From Phycisphaerae bacterium (GTDB taxonomy: Bacteria > Planctomycetota > Phycisphaerae > FEN-1346 > JAACEH01): 64,000 nt of DNA. Shown here one piece after another: positions 29,733-39,510 of this stretch. The translations under genes were made by a program, and so were the position numbers. The stretch is taken from the NCBI GenBank assembly GCA_012729015.1, contig JAAYDY010000044.1:19891-83890 (forward strand). Direction: 5' to 3'. Below the pieces are notes generated by a model. The model saw only the letters and a list, made by a program, of their open reading frames with translations. It made no database searches and was not told where the DNA came from. Numbering within the stretch: position 1 is the first letter of the stretch; every line of letters begins with the position of its first letter.

Positions 29733-31445
29733 ATGGCGCTGAACTGGTTCAGACGAAAACCGGCGGACGTGGAGCCGAACCTCCAGGAGTTCAACGCCTA
29801 TTTCCTCATGCCGATGGCCGCGGACGGACGGCTGGCCCACACCGAGGAAACGCCCCTGGACATTGCCCAGTTCGTTTATGGCCTGGACGTGCTGATGGAG
29901 CGCAACCGGGAAGCCACCGAAGGAAGCCTGCGCGAGGCGATCCGCGCCGCCCAGGCCACTCCGTCGCTGACCGACGCCTGGGAGCCGCAGGAGGCATGGA
30001 ACAGCATCAACCGCCAGTCGCGCGGCATGACCGAGTCGCAGTACTGGCACGTGCGCGTCTGGCTGGAGAGCGAGGCCCGGCGTCTGGCGCGACCGTTCGT
30101 CCCGGGTCCGCGACCCGATCGGTTCGCGGACTCTTGCTCGGCACCAGCGCCGCGGGCAGCGATCTCGCAGTGGATTGGCGGGCCGATGGAGGACGCGTCG
30201 TCACAGGCAGAAACGTCGGTTGCCGCTCAGGAACCATCCGCCGAAGCCACGTTGCCGGCACCAGCCGTCACGGAGCCGTCGCCCGATGCCCCCGCCACCG
30301 CCTGCGACCGCGCTGCGACAACAAAGGCATCGTCCCCGAGACCGGCCGAGAGCTTCGAGCCGGTACTCTGCGACATTCCGCCCGAGACTGTCGAGCAGTT
30401 GCTTCGCGAGGTGCTTCGCGAGGCCGACATGAACGGCCCGTGCTGCGAGCGGGCCGGCGAGATCGTCTCCGGCGTAGAACGACTTCTGGAAGGCGATCCC
30501 CTGCCCGGGCTGGCCTTCGACGACTGGCGCTCGGGGCCCGCCAACCAGGCGGTCGTCGTGGACCGCCTGCCGTCGAATGCAGACGTGTGGTTTATCGGAG
30601 ACATCCACGGCGACGTGCTGTCGCTTCGCGTGGCGCTGGACTACCTCGACACGGTGAGCCGTCGTGACCTGCGCCAGCCCTACATCGTGTTTCTGGGCGA
30701 CCTGTTCGACCGTGGCCACATGGGGTACCAGGCCGTGCTCTGCCTGTTCCACGAGTTGCTGGTGCGCGGGCGGCAGATGTGCGTGCTGGCCGGCAATCAT
30801 GACGAGGCCCTCGGCTACCGCGAGGCCGACGACGCCTTCGTGGCCACGGTCAGCCCGTTCGATCTGGCGGCGTGGCTGAACGACCATCGAGAGGATGTGC
30901 CGCGGCGCGTCGGCCGAGCTGTGGTTCGCCTGTTCTCGTCGGCGCCACGGGCCGTGTTCTTCCCCGACGGCCTGCTGGCGGCCCACGGCGGCGTGCCTTT
31001 GCGGGATCTGGCCGAGACGCTGACCTGCCGGGCGGATCTGGATCGCCCGGAATGCCTTCAGGATTTCGTCTGGACGCGGGCACATCCACGGGCCCGCTTC
31101 AAGCACATCAACCGCCTCAGTCGCACGTGCGAGTTCGGTCATGAGGACTTCGAGTACTTCTGCGAGCGAGCCGCCCTCGCCCTGGACCGCCCGGTGGAGC
31201 GCATGATTCGCGGTCACGATCACGTCCTGCACCGCTTCGCGCTCTACGAGTCTTACGTGCGACACCCGATGCTGACGATCAACACCCTCTGCTACAGCCA
31301 GGGCGAGTACGGCCCCCACGAGCGGATGCCGTGCGTTGCCCGCTACGTGCCCGGCGGCGTGCCGCAGGTGCATCAGCTTCGCATCCCCGGCGAAGCCGTG
31401 TGCCGAGTCTACCCGCCGGACGCCGGAGACGACGACGCCGGATGA
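29733..31445 (+). CDS. PPP-family (calcineurin-like) Ser/Thr phosphoprotein phosphatase with a ~280-aa uncharacterised N-terminal domain and an acidic P/A/S/E-rich linker
   Basis: GDIHGD, GDLFDRG, GNHDE, HGG metallophosphatase motifs in order. Confidence 0.8.
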   Translation: MALNWFRRKPADVEPNLQEFNAYFLMPMAADGRLAHTEETPLDIAQFVYGLDVLMERNREATEGSLREAIRAAQATPSLTDAWEPQEAWNSINRQSRGMTESQYWHVRVWLESEARRLARPFVPGPRPDRFADSCSAPAPRAAISQWIGGPMEDASSQAETSVAAQEPSAEATLPAPAVTEPSPDAPATACDRAATTKASSPRPAESFEPVLCDIPPETVEQLLREVLREADMNGPCCERAGEIVSGVERLLEGDPLPGLAFDDWRSGPANQAVVVDRLPSNADVWFIGDIHGDVLSLRVALDYLDTVSRRDLRQPYIVFLGDLFDRGHMGYQAVLCLFHELLVRGRQMCVLAGNHDEALGYREADDAFVATVSPFDLAAWLNDHREDVPRRVGRAVVRLFSSAPRAVFFPDGLLAAHGGVPLRDLAETLTCRADLDRPECLQDFVWTRAHPRARFKHINRLSRTCEFGHEDFEYFCERAALALDRPVERMIRGHDHVLHRFALYESYVRHPMLTINTLCYSQGEYGPHERMPCVARYVPGGVPQVHQLRIPGEAVCRVYPPDAGDDDAG

Positions 31446-32269
31446 GCAGCGAGAACGTCCGCAAACAGTGCTGCATCTGCGGCACGCTTCACCCGCTCAC
31501 GCACACGGGCCCCTGCACGAGTTGCTTCGGGGACTCGTGGCGGTTGTGGTGCACCGTCCATCAGCAGGTGCTTGAGGCGGCCGCGTGCAGCCAGTGCGCC
31601 CGCGAAGAGCGCCGCCGGAAGATGGTTCCAGCCCGTGTGCCGCTGACGGTGCGCTGCGGCGGCCGCGCGTGGCGCCTGGACGCCGGGCCGGTCGTGATCG
31701 GTCGCGACGACGACTGCGACATCCGCATCGACAGCGACGCCGTGAGCCGCCGCCACTGCGAGTTGTCGCCGCTGGGTTCGCGGTGGCGGGTGCGCGACCT
31801 GGAGAGCACGAACGGAACACTGCTGGATACGACAGCCATCACGGCACGAGGCGTTCTGGTCACGGGCAACAGCCTCCTGCGGCTGGGAACCGGTCCGATC
31901 CTGGAACTGTCGCTGGAGCCGCCGCCTGCACCGCCACCGGCCGTCCCCGCGTGGCATACGACGACCCGCGCCCCCTCGACGGGACGGGACAGCATGTCCG
32001 CCCGTCGCGTCACCCGGCCGCCCCATGACCCCGTGGCCGTCACCGCACTCGGATTCGCTGTGGTCGCCCTGATCGCCAGCTTCACCCCGTTCGGGTTCGT
32101 TGCCGCCATTGCCGGCCTGACGCTGGGGGCGAGCGCCTGCAAGCGCACCTGCGACGCCCCATTCACCTACGGCGGCATGGGCATTGCGGTCCTCGCGATG
32201 GTCCTCAGCGGCCTGGCACTGCTCCTGGGCATTGCCATAGCCGTGCAAGGAATGGAGCGTCACCTGTAG
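31442..32269 (+). CDS. Double zinc-ribbon plus FHA protein with C-terminal transmembrane helices
   Basis: CCICG...CTSC and CSQC cysteine pairs, FHA core VVIGRDDDCDIRIDSDAVSRRHCEL...NGTLL, hydrophobic C-terminus; ATGA overlap with the phosphatase stop. Confidence 0.7.
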   Translation: MSSENVRKQCCICGTLHPLTHTGPCTSCFGDSWRLWCTVHQQVLEAAACSQCAREERRRKMVPARVPLTVRCGGRAWRLDAGPVVIGRDDDCDIRIDSDAVSRRHCELSPLGSRWRVRDLESTNGTLLDTTAITARGVLVTGNSLLRLGTGPILELSLEPPPAPPPAVPAWHTTTRAPSTGRDSMSARRVTRPPHDPVAVTALGFAVVALIASFTPFGFVAAIAGLTLGASACKRTCDAPFTYGGMGIAVLAMVLSGLALLLGIAIAVQGMERHL

Positions 32270-32345
32270 TGCGGCGCGGCGTTATGTGGTACAAGCGTAC
32301 CTCGCGCGGCAATGGGTCCGCGTGGCCGCCATTGGGAGCCGACAC

Positions 32346-33881
32346 ATGGAGTGCAAGAAGTTCGCCGTCGCCGCTGATCGCGAGATCGGCCACTGTCGGC
32401 GTTTCTGGACCGTCGCCAACTGGAACCGGCCGTTTCGCCTGCTCGACGCCGAGACCATGGCCGATCTGCCGCGACGCGCCCCGTTCATCACCGAGCTGAA
32501 CTGCGTGTACCTGCTGGGCGGCCGCACGCGCGAGCACAATTGCTGGTACCAGGGCCTGGAGCCCGACGGCCGCGTCCGCGCCGATTTCAGCGGCATGATC
32601 GCCCAACTCCGCGGCGCCGTGGACCGCGGCTACACGCCGTGGATTGTCCTGGACAACGTACCCTACGGCATGAGCGATCCGCCGACCGAGCATTTCTACG
32701 GCAACACGTCGCCGCCGGCCGACGAGCGCGTCTGGCACGAGTATGTTCGCCTGGGCATCGAGGCCATGGTCGAGGCATTCGGCCGCCAAACGGTCGGTCG
32801 CTGGTGGTTCCGCGTGGGCACCGAACCGGATCTGCTCCCGGGTCACTGGTGCGGCACCAAGGAGCAGTACTTCGCGCACTACGATGTCACGGTCGATGCG
32901 GTGCTCGGCGTTCTGCCCGAGGCCATGATTGGCCCGGGGAACATCCTCAACCCGGTCGAAGGCGAGTACGGCATCATCGTCAAGGACCAGTGGGGCCTGG
33001 AGATCATCGACCACGCCGCCACGGGACGCAATGCCTGCACCGGCGGCATCGGCACGCCCCTGCGGTGGTTCTCTTGCTCGTGGTACGGCCGTGTGGGCGT
33101 TCCACTGTCGATGTTCGACAAGGCGATGGGGATGATGCGCGACCGCCTGCGACGATATCCGCAGTTGGCTGACGTGCCCATCGTGGTCGGCGAGTTCGCG
33201 GTGCTCCACGACGAGCAGGGCCGGCGTCTCTACGACGGCGACTGCACCGAGTGGGGTGCGAGTTTCTACGCCGGCATCGCCGACCGCGTCTACACCTATG
33301 ACGTGCGGCGCGTCTACGAATGGGCCGAGACCACCGACGGCGTCTACCACCCGCGGGCCCAGGTGATCGAGATGCTCAGCCGCATGGCCGACGGCCGCCG
33401 GCTGGCGGTCGATCCGCCGCAACGGGCCGACACGGACTGCGGGCTCATCGCCTGCCGCAAGATGGGCGACCTGTTCCTGCTGGCCTACAATCACGCGGCC
33501 GAGCGTGAGCCGAAGGTCCCTCGGTGCATGCGCATCGCCCTTGGCGGCACGGGCCTTGCCCCGGGAACCGCGCTGCGGCGGACGGAATGGTCTATCGACG
33601 AGCATCGCGGCGTCTGGGCCCGTGCGTTCGAGGCCGATTGCCACGCTGCCGGAATCGAGCCGCTGCCCGAGGCCGGGCGATACGAGGGTAGCCCACGGCA
33701 TCTCTACGGGGAGGCCGGTGAACGGGTGTTCCCCGCCCATCGCGAGCGCTACGCGGCCCTGGCCACGCTGCCCGTCACGCGCGAGGACACACAGGTTGCG
33801 GGACCGGATGGCGGGGTTTCACTGGACCTGGACATGCCCGGACACAGCGTGCGGCTCATCCGCCTGACGCCGGCACCGTAG
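32346..33881 (+). CDS. Putative clan GH-A (GH39-like) glycoside hydrolase
   Basis: TIM-barrel-like layout with candidate acid/base WWFRVGTEPD and nucleophile VVGEFAV motifs; weak assignment. Confidence 0.4.
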   Translation: MECKKFAVAADREIGHCRRFWTVANWNRPFRLLDAETMADLPRRAPFITELNCVYLLGGRTREHNCWYQGLEPDGRVRADFSGMIAQLRGAVDRGYTPWIVLDNVPYGMSDPPTEHFYGNTSPPADERVWHEYVRLGIEAMVEAFGRQTVGRWWFRVGTEPDLLPGHWCGTKEQYFAHYDVTVDAVLGVLPEAMIGPGNILNPVEGEYGIIVKDQWGLEIIDHAATGRNACTGGIGTPLRWFSCSWYGRVGVPLSMFDKAMGMMRDRLRRYPQLADVPIVVGEFAVLHDEQGRRLYDGDCTEWGASFYAGIADRVYTYDVRRVYEWAETTDGVYHPRAQVIEMLSRMADGRRLAVDPPQRADTDCGLIACRKMGDLFLLAYNHAAEREPKVPRCMRIALGGTGLAPGTALRRTEWSIDEHRGVWARAFEADCHAAGIEPLPEAGRYEGSPRHLYGEAGERVFPAHRERYAALATLPVTREDTQVAGPDGGVSLDLDMPGHSVRLIRLTPAP

Positions 33882-33950
33882 CGCGACACGAATTGCCGAC
33901 GCATCCGCCCTCGACAGGGCTCGCGCACGCAATGCACGATGGCCGCGCCG

Positions 33951-36164
33951 TCATGCCGTCTCCGCAGCGGCCGGGCGAATCTCCTGAATCTCCCATGCCC
34001 GCTTGCCGGCATCGACGGCAAGCTCCACCGTGTCTCCGACCTTGCTGCCCATGAACGCCAGCGCCAGGGGCGAGCGGTACGAGAACACGTTGTTTTGCGG
34101 CGCGGCGTCCCACGGACCCAGGAACGTCATCGTCTCGGTCTTGCCGCTGCCGAGGTCGCGGGCCGTGACGACGCTGCCGATGGTCACGTGGTCCACAGCG
34201 GCCATGTCCGCCCCGATCAGCCGCGCCATCTTCATGTCGGCTTCCATGCGCGCCGCCTTCTCGGTCAGGAGGTTCCGTTCTTCCAGCGCAGCGGTGAATT
34301 CGGCATTCTCGCTCAGGTCGCCGAAGGCCGCCGCTTCGCCGATGGCCTTGGCGTTGGCCGCCATCTTGATATTGACCAGGTGGGCGAACTCCTGCTGGTG
34401 CCGCTGAAGTCCCTCGGCCGTCGTGTAGATGACGTCGTCCTCCTCCCACGGAGGCACGTCCTTCAGGAACAGACTGGGATGCGTGCGCGTAATCAGGTCG
34501 AGCACCTTCAGCCGCGCGTGCTCGCCGAGAACGAAGTTGCGCACGGCGGCATGGTGGACGCGCGAGGCCCCGTGATCGTCCGCTTCCTTCAGCACGGTGT
34601 GCAGATACTCGTAGTCTTTCTGCGACAGGGCGGCGCGGAGCTGCGACAGGATGGCCTTCTGCTGGTCCTTGTCAAATGTCGTGTCGCGGGCCAGGCCACC
34701 GACCGCAATCAGCAGGGCCACCGCCGCGTCGAGGCCCTTCAGTGAGCCTGTGACATCAGGACACCTGCCCGCGGCCATGGCGCGCCAGAGCCACGCCACG
34801 GCATAGGGATAGCGCTCGGGCCGGGTGAGAATGAGCTCAATCGCCTGCCGCACGTCGGCCGAGAATCCGTGCTCCAGGAGCCCCTGAACGATCCACTCGC
34901 AGACGCCCTGCGACGCGCCGGGCATGACGGCGAGCCAGACATCGTGCCACCCGGAGTGCAGCACGTCGCGAACGTAGCCCAGCAGGCACCGCGCCACATC
35001 GTCACTGGCGACCGGCCGCAGCAACATCGACAGGTCCGTCACGCCCGAGAGCACCGATTCCAGCGCGTTGGGCTTCGGCTCGGGCACGTCGGGCGCGTGC
35101 CGCCGCAGTCCGGCCATCAGCGCCAGCGCGGCGATGCCCATTGCCGGCTCGTCCGCGCGCCACGACTCGAACCGGTCCATCAGTTCGCGGCCGAAGTGCT
35201 GCATCACCTCCGGATGCGTCGGCCGGCTACCGCACTCCTTCAGGTACGTCAGCACCGTGGTCAGCTTCTGCTCCGCCGCTGCTGCGCCATCAAATGCCGC
35301 GCGAAGCTCGTCCTCGTAGGCCACCGGCCGATTTCGCAGGAACAGCCAGGGCTGCGCGTCGTCCGACATCTCGATCATCGGATCGCGTCTGCACTGCACC
35401 TTGGCCTCGGCCCACCATTTCGCCCACGCCGGCCCCGAGATGAGCGGCTTCAGGTGCTCCTTGAGTTCCTTCAGTTCCAGCCGCGGCCCATAGGTGCCGA
35501 GAACCGTCTTCACCAGTTCCGCCGGAGCCTCGGCGGCCATGTGCTCCAGGCCCTCGCGGTCCTTGACCATGCGCGACCGCAGGTCCGAGTCGGCCACGGG
35601 CTCCAGCTTGTCCAGGGCCAGCCGGTCGTACGTGCGCGAGCGGTCGTCGAACGCCACTTCGAGCGTCCTGGCCACCGCATCCAGACCGACCACCTGCCCG
35701 AGCTTGTCGAGCTGCGTGTCCATGACGCACGTGCCCGGCCGCAGTTGCAGCAACCGGTCGAACCGCTTCACGGCGGTGGCGAAAGGAATCGCCGCATGAA
35801 GGACGGTCATCTCGGCCATGGTGCCGACGTCGCCGCATACGGTCTCGTACGCGCCGGCCACCTCCTCGCGCAGGCTGCCGCTGCCTTCCAGCCATCCGGC
35901 CGCCTGCCGCACCAGGTTCAGTCCCGCGGCGGCCCCCTGACGCTCGATCACCTGTGACAGCAGAAACCAGAACAATGAATCCGCCACGCCGCTCTGGTCG
36001 CGACGGCTCACGGCCTCGACCACCGCCATCAGGCCTGGAACGTCGGCGTCCTCACGGGCCACCGCCTCCAGCCACAGGGCCTCCAGCTCGTCGAACCGCT
36101 TCTTGGTCACCAGCTTCCGCAACCGAGTCACGTCCGCCTGTGCATCACCGGGTATTTCCGTCAT
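33951..36164 (-). CDS. Large GreA/GreB-family transcript cleavage factor homolog: ~590-aa unknown N-terminal region fused to a complete GreA module
   Basis: C-terminal 150 aa contain GreA signatures FGDLSENAEF and SYRSPLALAFMGSKVGDTVEL. Confidence 0.65.
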   Translation of the reverse strand: MTEIPGDAQADVTRLRKLVTKKRFDELEALWLEAVAREDADVPGLMAVVEAVSRRDQSGVADSLFWFLLSQVIERQGAAAGLNLVRQAAGWLEGSGSLREEVAGAYETVCGDVGTMAEMTVLHAAIPFATAVKRFDRLLQLRPGTCVMDTQLDKLGQVVGLDAVARTLEVAFDDRSRTYDRLALDKLEPVADSDLRSRMVKDREGLEHMAAEAPAELVKTVLGTYGPRLELKELKEHLKPLISGPAWAKWWAEAKVQCRRDPMIEMSDDAQPWLFLRNRPVAYEDELRAAFDGAAAAEQKLTTVLTYLKECGSRPTHPEVMQHFGRELMDRFESWRADEPAMGIAALALMAGLRRHAPDVPEPKPNALESVLSGVTDLSMLLRPVASDDVARCLLGYVRDVLHSGWHDVWLAVMPGASQGVCEWIVQGLLEHGFSADVRQAIELILTRPERYPYAVAWLWRAMAAGRCPDVTGSLKGLDAAVALLIAVGGLARDTTFDKDQQKAILSQLRAALSQKDYEYLHTVLKEADDHGASRVHHAAVRNFVLGEHARLKVLDLITRTHPSLFLKDVPPWEEDDVIYTTAEGLQRHQQEFAHLVNIKMAANAKAIGEAAAFGDLSENAEFTAALEERNLLTEKAARMEADMKMARLIGADMAAVDHVTIGSVVTARDLGSGKTETMTFLGPWDAAPQNNVFSYRSPLALAFMGSKVGDTVELAVDAGKRAWEIQEIRPAAAETA

Positions 36165-36444
36165 CCGCCGTCCTCGCTCCATGATCCCGTGCATGAGACT
36201 CCAACCGGTCCAGCCCCAGGAGTCTATACTGTGACAGCCCGGCGGACAAGGGTCTGCCGTAGCAACAGCCGGTCGAGACGACCACGACGATGCCCTGCGC
36301 GGTCTCCCTCACCCGGCCGGGAAAGCGGCTGCGGGTGCCCGGATTTGCGGAACCCCGCCGCGGGCGGCCGGGGTTGAACCTTCGTGCGGCCGATAGACGC
36401 TGTCGCCGCAAACGCAGAGACACTCCGGAACAGGAGATGGGAAG

Positions 36445-39138
36445 ATGCGAAAGACGCTGATTGTTCTTGCCGCAATGGCAGTGCTCACGGGATGGTGCCT
36501 GACCGAAACGGTTGCGCAGCCGGCCGCCGCAAACGTCCCGGTGCTGGACACCTACAGTGTCTGGCGACTCCACCAGACGCTCAAGCCGCCCGTGCTGGAC
36601 CTCGACAGCGGCCTGACGCCGGTGATGACGCCGCTCGATTGGATGAACCGCGACACGGCCGACGTCCCTGCCGGGTGGACCAGCCCGGATTTCGACGACA
36701 CCACGTGGCTCCGCGGCTCGGCCCGCAGCGCCGCCCAGACGCCGTATCTTGCGCGGCTGTGCATGCGCGCACGGTTCGAGGTGACCGACCCGTCGCAGGT
36801 CGGACCGCTGAGCCTGAATCTGGCCTACTACGGCGGCGCGGTGGTCTACGTCAACGGCCACGAGGTGGCCCGCAAGCACGTGGTCGGCTCCGCGAAGGCG
36901 GACCTGGCCGAAGGATATCCTCCGGAGGCGTTTCTGACTGAGGACGGCAAGATTGTTCCGAGCGGGTGGGTTCGCGAGAAATACAAGGATGCCATGGCGG
37001 CCCGTCGCCGCGAGTTCAACGAGATTGCGATTCCGGCCGACAAGCTGCGCAAGGGCGTCAATGTGATTGCTGTAGAACTGGTGCGCTCGCCGTATCACAA
37101 AGTGGTGGACGAGAAGAAGGACACGGAGGTCAACGAGCAGAGCCGCCTGAACAAGGGCGTGCCGTACGATCTGAGCTGGAACACCTGCGAGATGCTTGGC
37201 GTGCAACTGACGGCCCAGGGCGAAGCCGGGCTGGTGCCCAACGCCGCGCGGCCCGAGGGGCTGCAACTCTGGAACGGCGATCTCCTGATCCCCGACTTCG
37301 AGGCCGACCAGGGCGACCGCTGCGAGCCGCTGCGCCCCATCGCCATCAAGGGCGCTCGCAATGGCTGGTTCTCGGGGAAGGTTGTAGCGGGATCGCCCGC
37401 GGCGATTGAAGGGTTGAAGGCCGTGTGCAGCGACCTCCGGCAGGGCGACACCACGGTGCCCGCTTCGGCCGTCTGCATCCGCTACGGTTACAACTGGGGC
37501 GGCAACGTCAACCACTACAGCGAGTCGGTTCGAGACAGGGCACCGCTGATCGACGCGCTGCTCGAAACGCCGCCGGCCACGTTTCCGGCCACGCGCTCAG
37601 GCACGGTGGTTCCGATCTGGTTGACGGTCAGGATTCCCGCCGACGCCAAGCCCGGCGCCTACACCGGCGAACTGACGATCACGGCCAAGGACCAGCCGCC
37701 GCAGAAGGTCGCGGTCGCGTTGGAGGTGGCCGACTGGACGCTCCCGAACGTCGAGGACCGGCGCACCTGGGTCGAACTGATGCAGTCGCCCGATTCCCTT
37801 GCCGCCGAGTACGAGCTGCCTCTCTGGTCCGACCCGCACTGGGCGATGATCGCCCAGTCGCTCCGCCTGATCGGCGAGGCCGGCAACCGCATCGCCTACA
37901 TACCCCTGATCTGCCACACCAACTCCGGCAACGAGCAGTCCATGGTCCGGTTCGTCAAGAAGACCGACGGCTCGTGGGGCTTCGATTTCTCGGTCATGGA
38001 CAAGTATCTCGACCTGGTGCAACAGAAGATGGGCCGCCCGGTCTTTACGGTCTTCACGGCGTGGGAGATCTACCTGCGGCCGCCGGACAAGGAAGTCGTC
38101 ATCAACGAGAGCGACAACAGCTATGTGCGCATGGAGAAGTCGTGGGCAGCGGCGCGGTGGGACCTGCGCGACAAGGGCCCGGCCGTCACGGCCGTCAATC
38201 CCGAGAGCGGCCAGGTGGAGACCGTCTACCTGCCTCGTTACGAGACGCCGGAAGCCAAGGCCCTCTGGAAATCGCTGTTCGACGAGTTGCACAAGCGGAT
38301 GGCCCAGCGTGGCATCGAGGACACGATGCGGCTGGGGATGGCCTCCGACGTCTGGCCGAGCAAGGAAGAACTGGCCGTGCTCCAGGAAGTCTCCGGGAAC
38401 CTGGAGTGGGTGATGCACACACACGGCGGAAGCCGGGTCGGCAAGAAGATGCACGGCATCGCCGACGTCAGCTACATCGCCTACGTCTGGGACGTCAAGT
38501 ACGCCCCCGATCCGTCCGAGGGCCGCGTCTATGGCTGGAAGATGCCCGCGCTGATGGCCCAATTCCGCCGATTCCAGGCGCTGAACACGATGTCGCCGTC
38601 GGCCCTGATGCACTTCAGCGAACTGAACATCACGGGGCACCAGCGCGGCCTCGGTCGCATCGGCGCCGACTTCTGGGCGTCGTTCAAGGACAAGCGCGGC
38701 CGCCGCAGCGGATACGTCTGGAGCCGCTATCCTCAGAGCCTGTGGCACAGCCTCAACCTCAGCAGCCACATGCTCGTCCCGGGGCCGAACGGCCCGGTGG
38801 CCTCGGCCCGCCTGGAGCACCTGCGCGAAGGCATCCAGCAGTGCGAGGCGCGTATCGCCATTGAGCGCGTCCTGACCGACGATGCCCTCAAGGCCAAGCT
38901 CGGCCAGGATCTGGCGAAACGGTGCCAGGACGTGCTCGACGAGCGACTCAGGGAAATCTGGAGAGCCGGCAGCGACATGAACCTCACGGGCCGCGACTAT
39001 GCGTCGTCCAAGCTGACAGGCGACTCCTACGGCGGCGTGGCCGGCCACTGCTGGTTCGCCGGCTCCGGCTGGCTCGACCGCACGCAGCAGTTCTATGAGC
39101 TGGCCGGCGAAGTGACCCGAAAGGCGGGTGTTCGCTGA
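36445..39138 (+). CDS. Secreted large protein, putative glycoside hydrolase (galactose-binding-like N-domain plus DUF4091-like region)
   Basis: Signal peptide MRKTLIVLAAMAVLTGWCLTETVAQ; domain call is tentative. Confidence 0.35.
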   Translation: MRKTLIVLAAMAVLTGWCLTETVAQPAAANVPVLDTYSVWRLHQTLKPPVLDLDSGLTPVMTPLDWMNRDTADVPAGWTSPDFDDTTWLRGSARSAAQTPYLARLCMRARFEVTDPSQVGPLSLNLAYYGGAVVYVNGHEVARKHVVGSAKADLAEGYPPEAFLTEDGKIVPSGWVREKYKDAMAARRREFNEIAIPADKLRKGVNVIAVELVRSPYHKVVDEKKDTEVNEQSRLNKGVPYDLSWNTCEMLGVQLTAQGEAGLVPNAARPEGLQLWNGDLLIPDFEADQGDRCEPLRPIAIKGARNGWFSGKVVAGSPAAIEGLKAVCSDLRQGDTTVPASAVCIRYGYNWGGNVNHYSESVRDRAPLIDALLETPPATFPATRSGTVVPIWLTVRIPADAKPGAYTGELTITAKDQPPQKVAVALEVADWTLPNVEDRRTWVELMQSPDSLAAEYELPLWSDPHWAMIAQSLRLIGEAGNRIAYIPLICHTNSGNEQSMVRFVKKTDGSWGFDFSVMDKYLDLVQQKMGRPVFTVFTAWEIYLRPPDKEVVINESDNSYVRMEKSWAAARWDLRDKGPAVTAVNPESGQVETVYLPRYETPEAKALWKSLFDELHKRMAQRGIEDTMRLGMASDVWPSKEELAVLQEVSGNLEWVMHTHGGSRVGKKMHGIADVSYIAYVWDVKYAPDPSEGRVYGWKMPALMAQFRRFQALNTMSPSALMHFSELNITGHQRGLGRIGADFWASFKDKRGRRSGYVWSRYPQSLWHSLNLSSHMLVPGPNGPVASARLEHLREGIQQCEARIAIERVLTDDALKAKLGQDLAKRCQDVLDERLREIWRAGSDMNLTGRDYASSKLTGDSYGGVAGHCWFAGSGWLDRTQQFYELAGEVTRKAGVR

Positions 39139-39510
39139 AGGCATGTCGGGGACGACCACCTCGGCACGCAGTCGAGAAAGACACTGCGGCACGGCCGGCC
39201 TGCGGGCCCCGCCGTGCCGCAGCCTTTCGGCCGCGTACCACGCGTTCGAGGCCCCGCGGAAGTCGGGGACCGACGTATGTGGGGTGTTCCGGTCAGGTGT
39301 CATGTCTGCCCCGTCAGGCATGGGCAAGTCTCCGTGCCCTTCCGCGTGGCTGCCCCTCGACGGTGCCAGGAACTACGTCAAGCAGTCCCCCCTGCGTGCT
39401 GCGCGTCTCCGTCGCGCTTTGGATGGTACAGCCTTTTGACCTTGCCCGCAGCGGCGGCTCGCCGTATACTGCCCCGCTGCACTTGCCACCCGCTTGAGGG
39501 CACAGACTGC

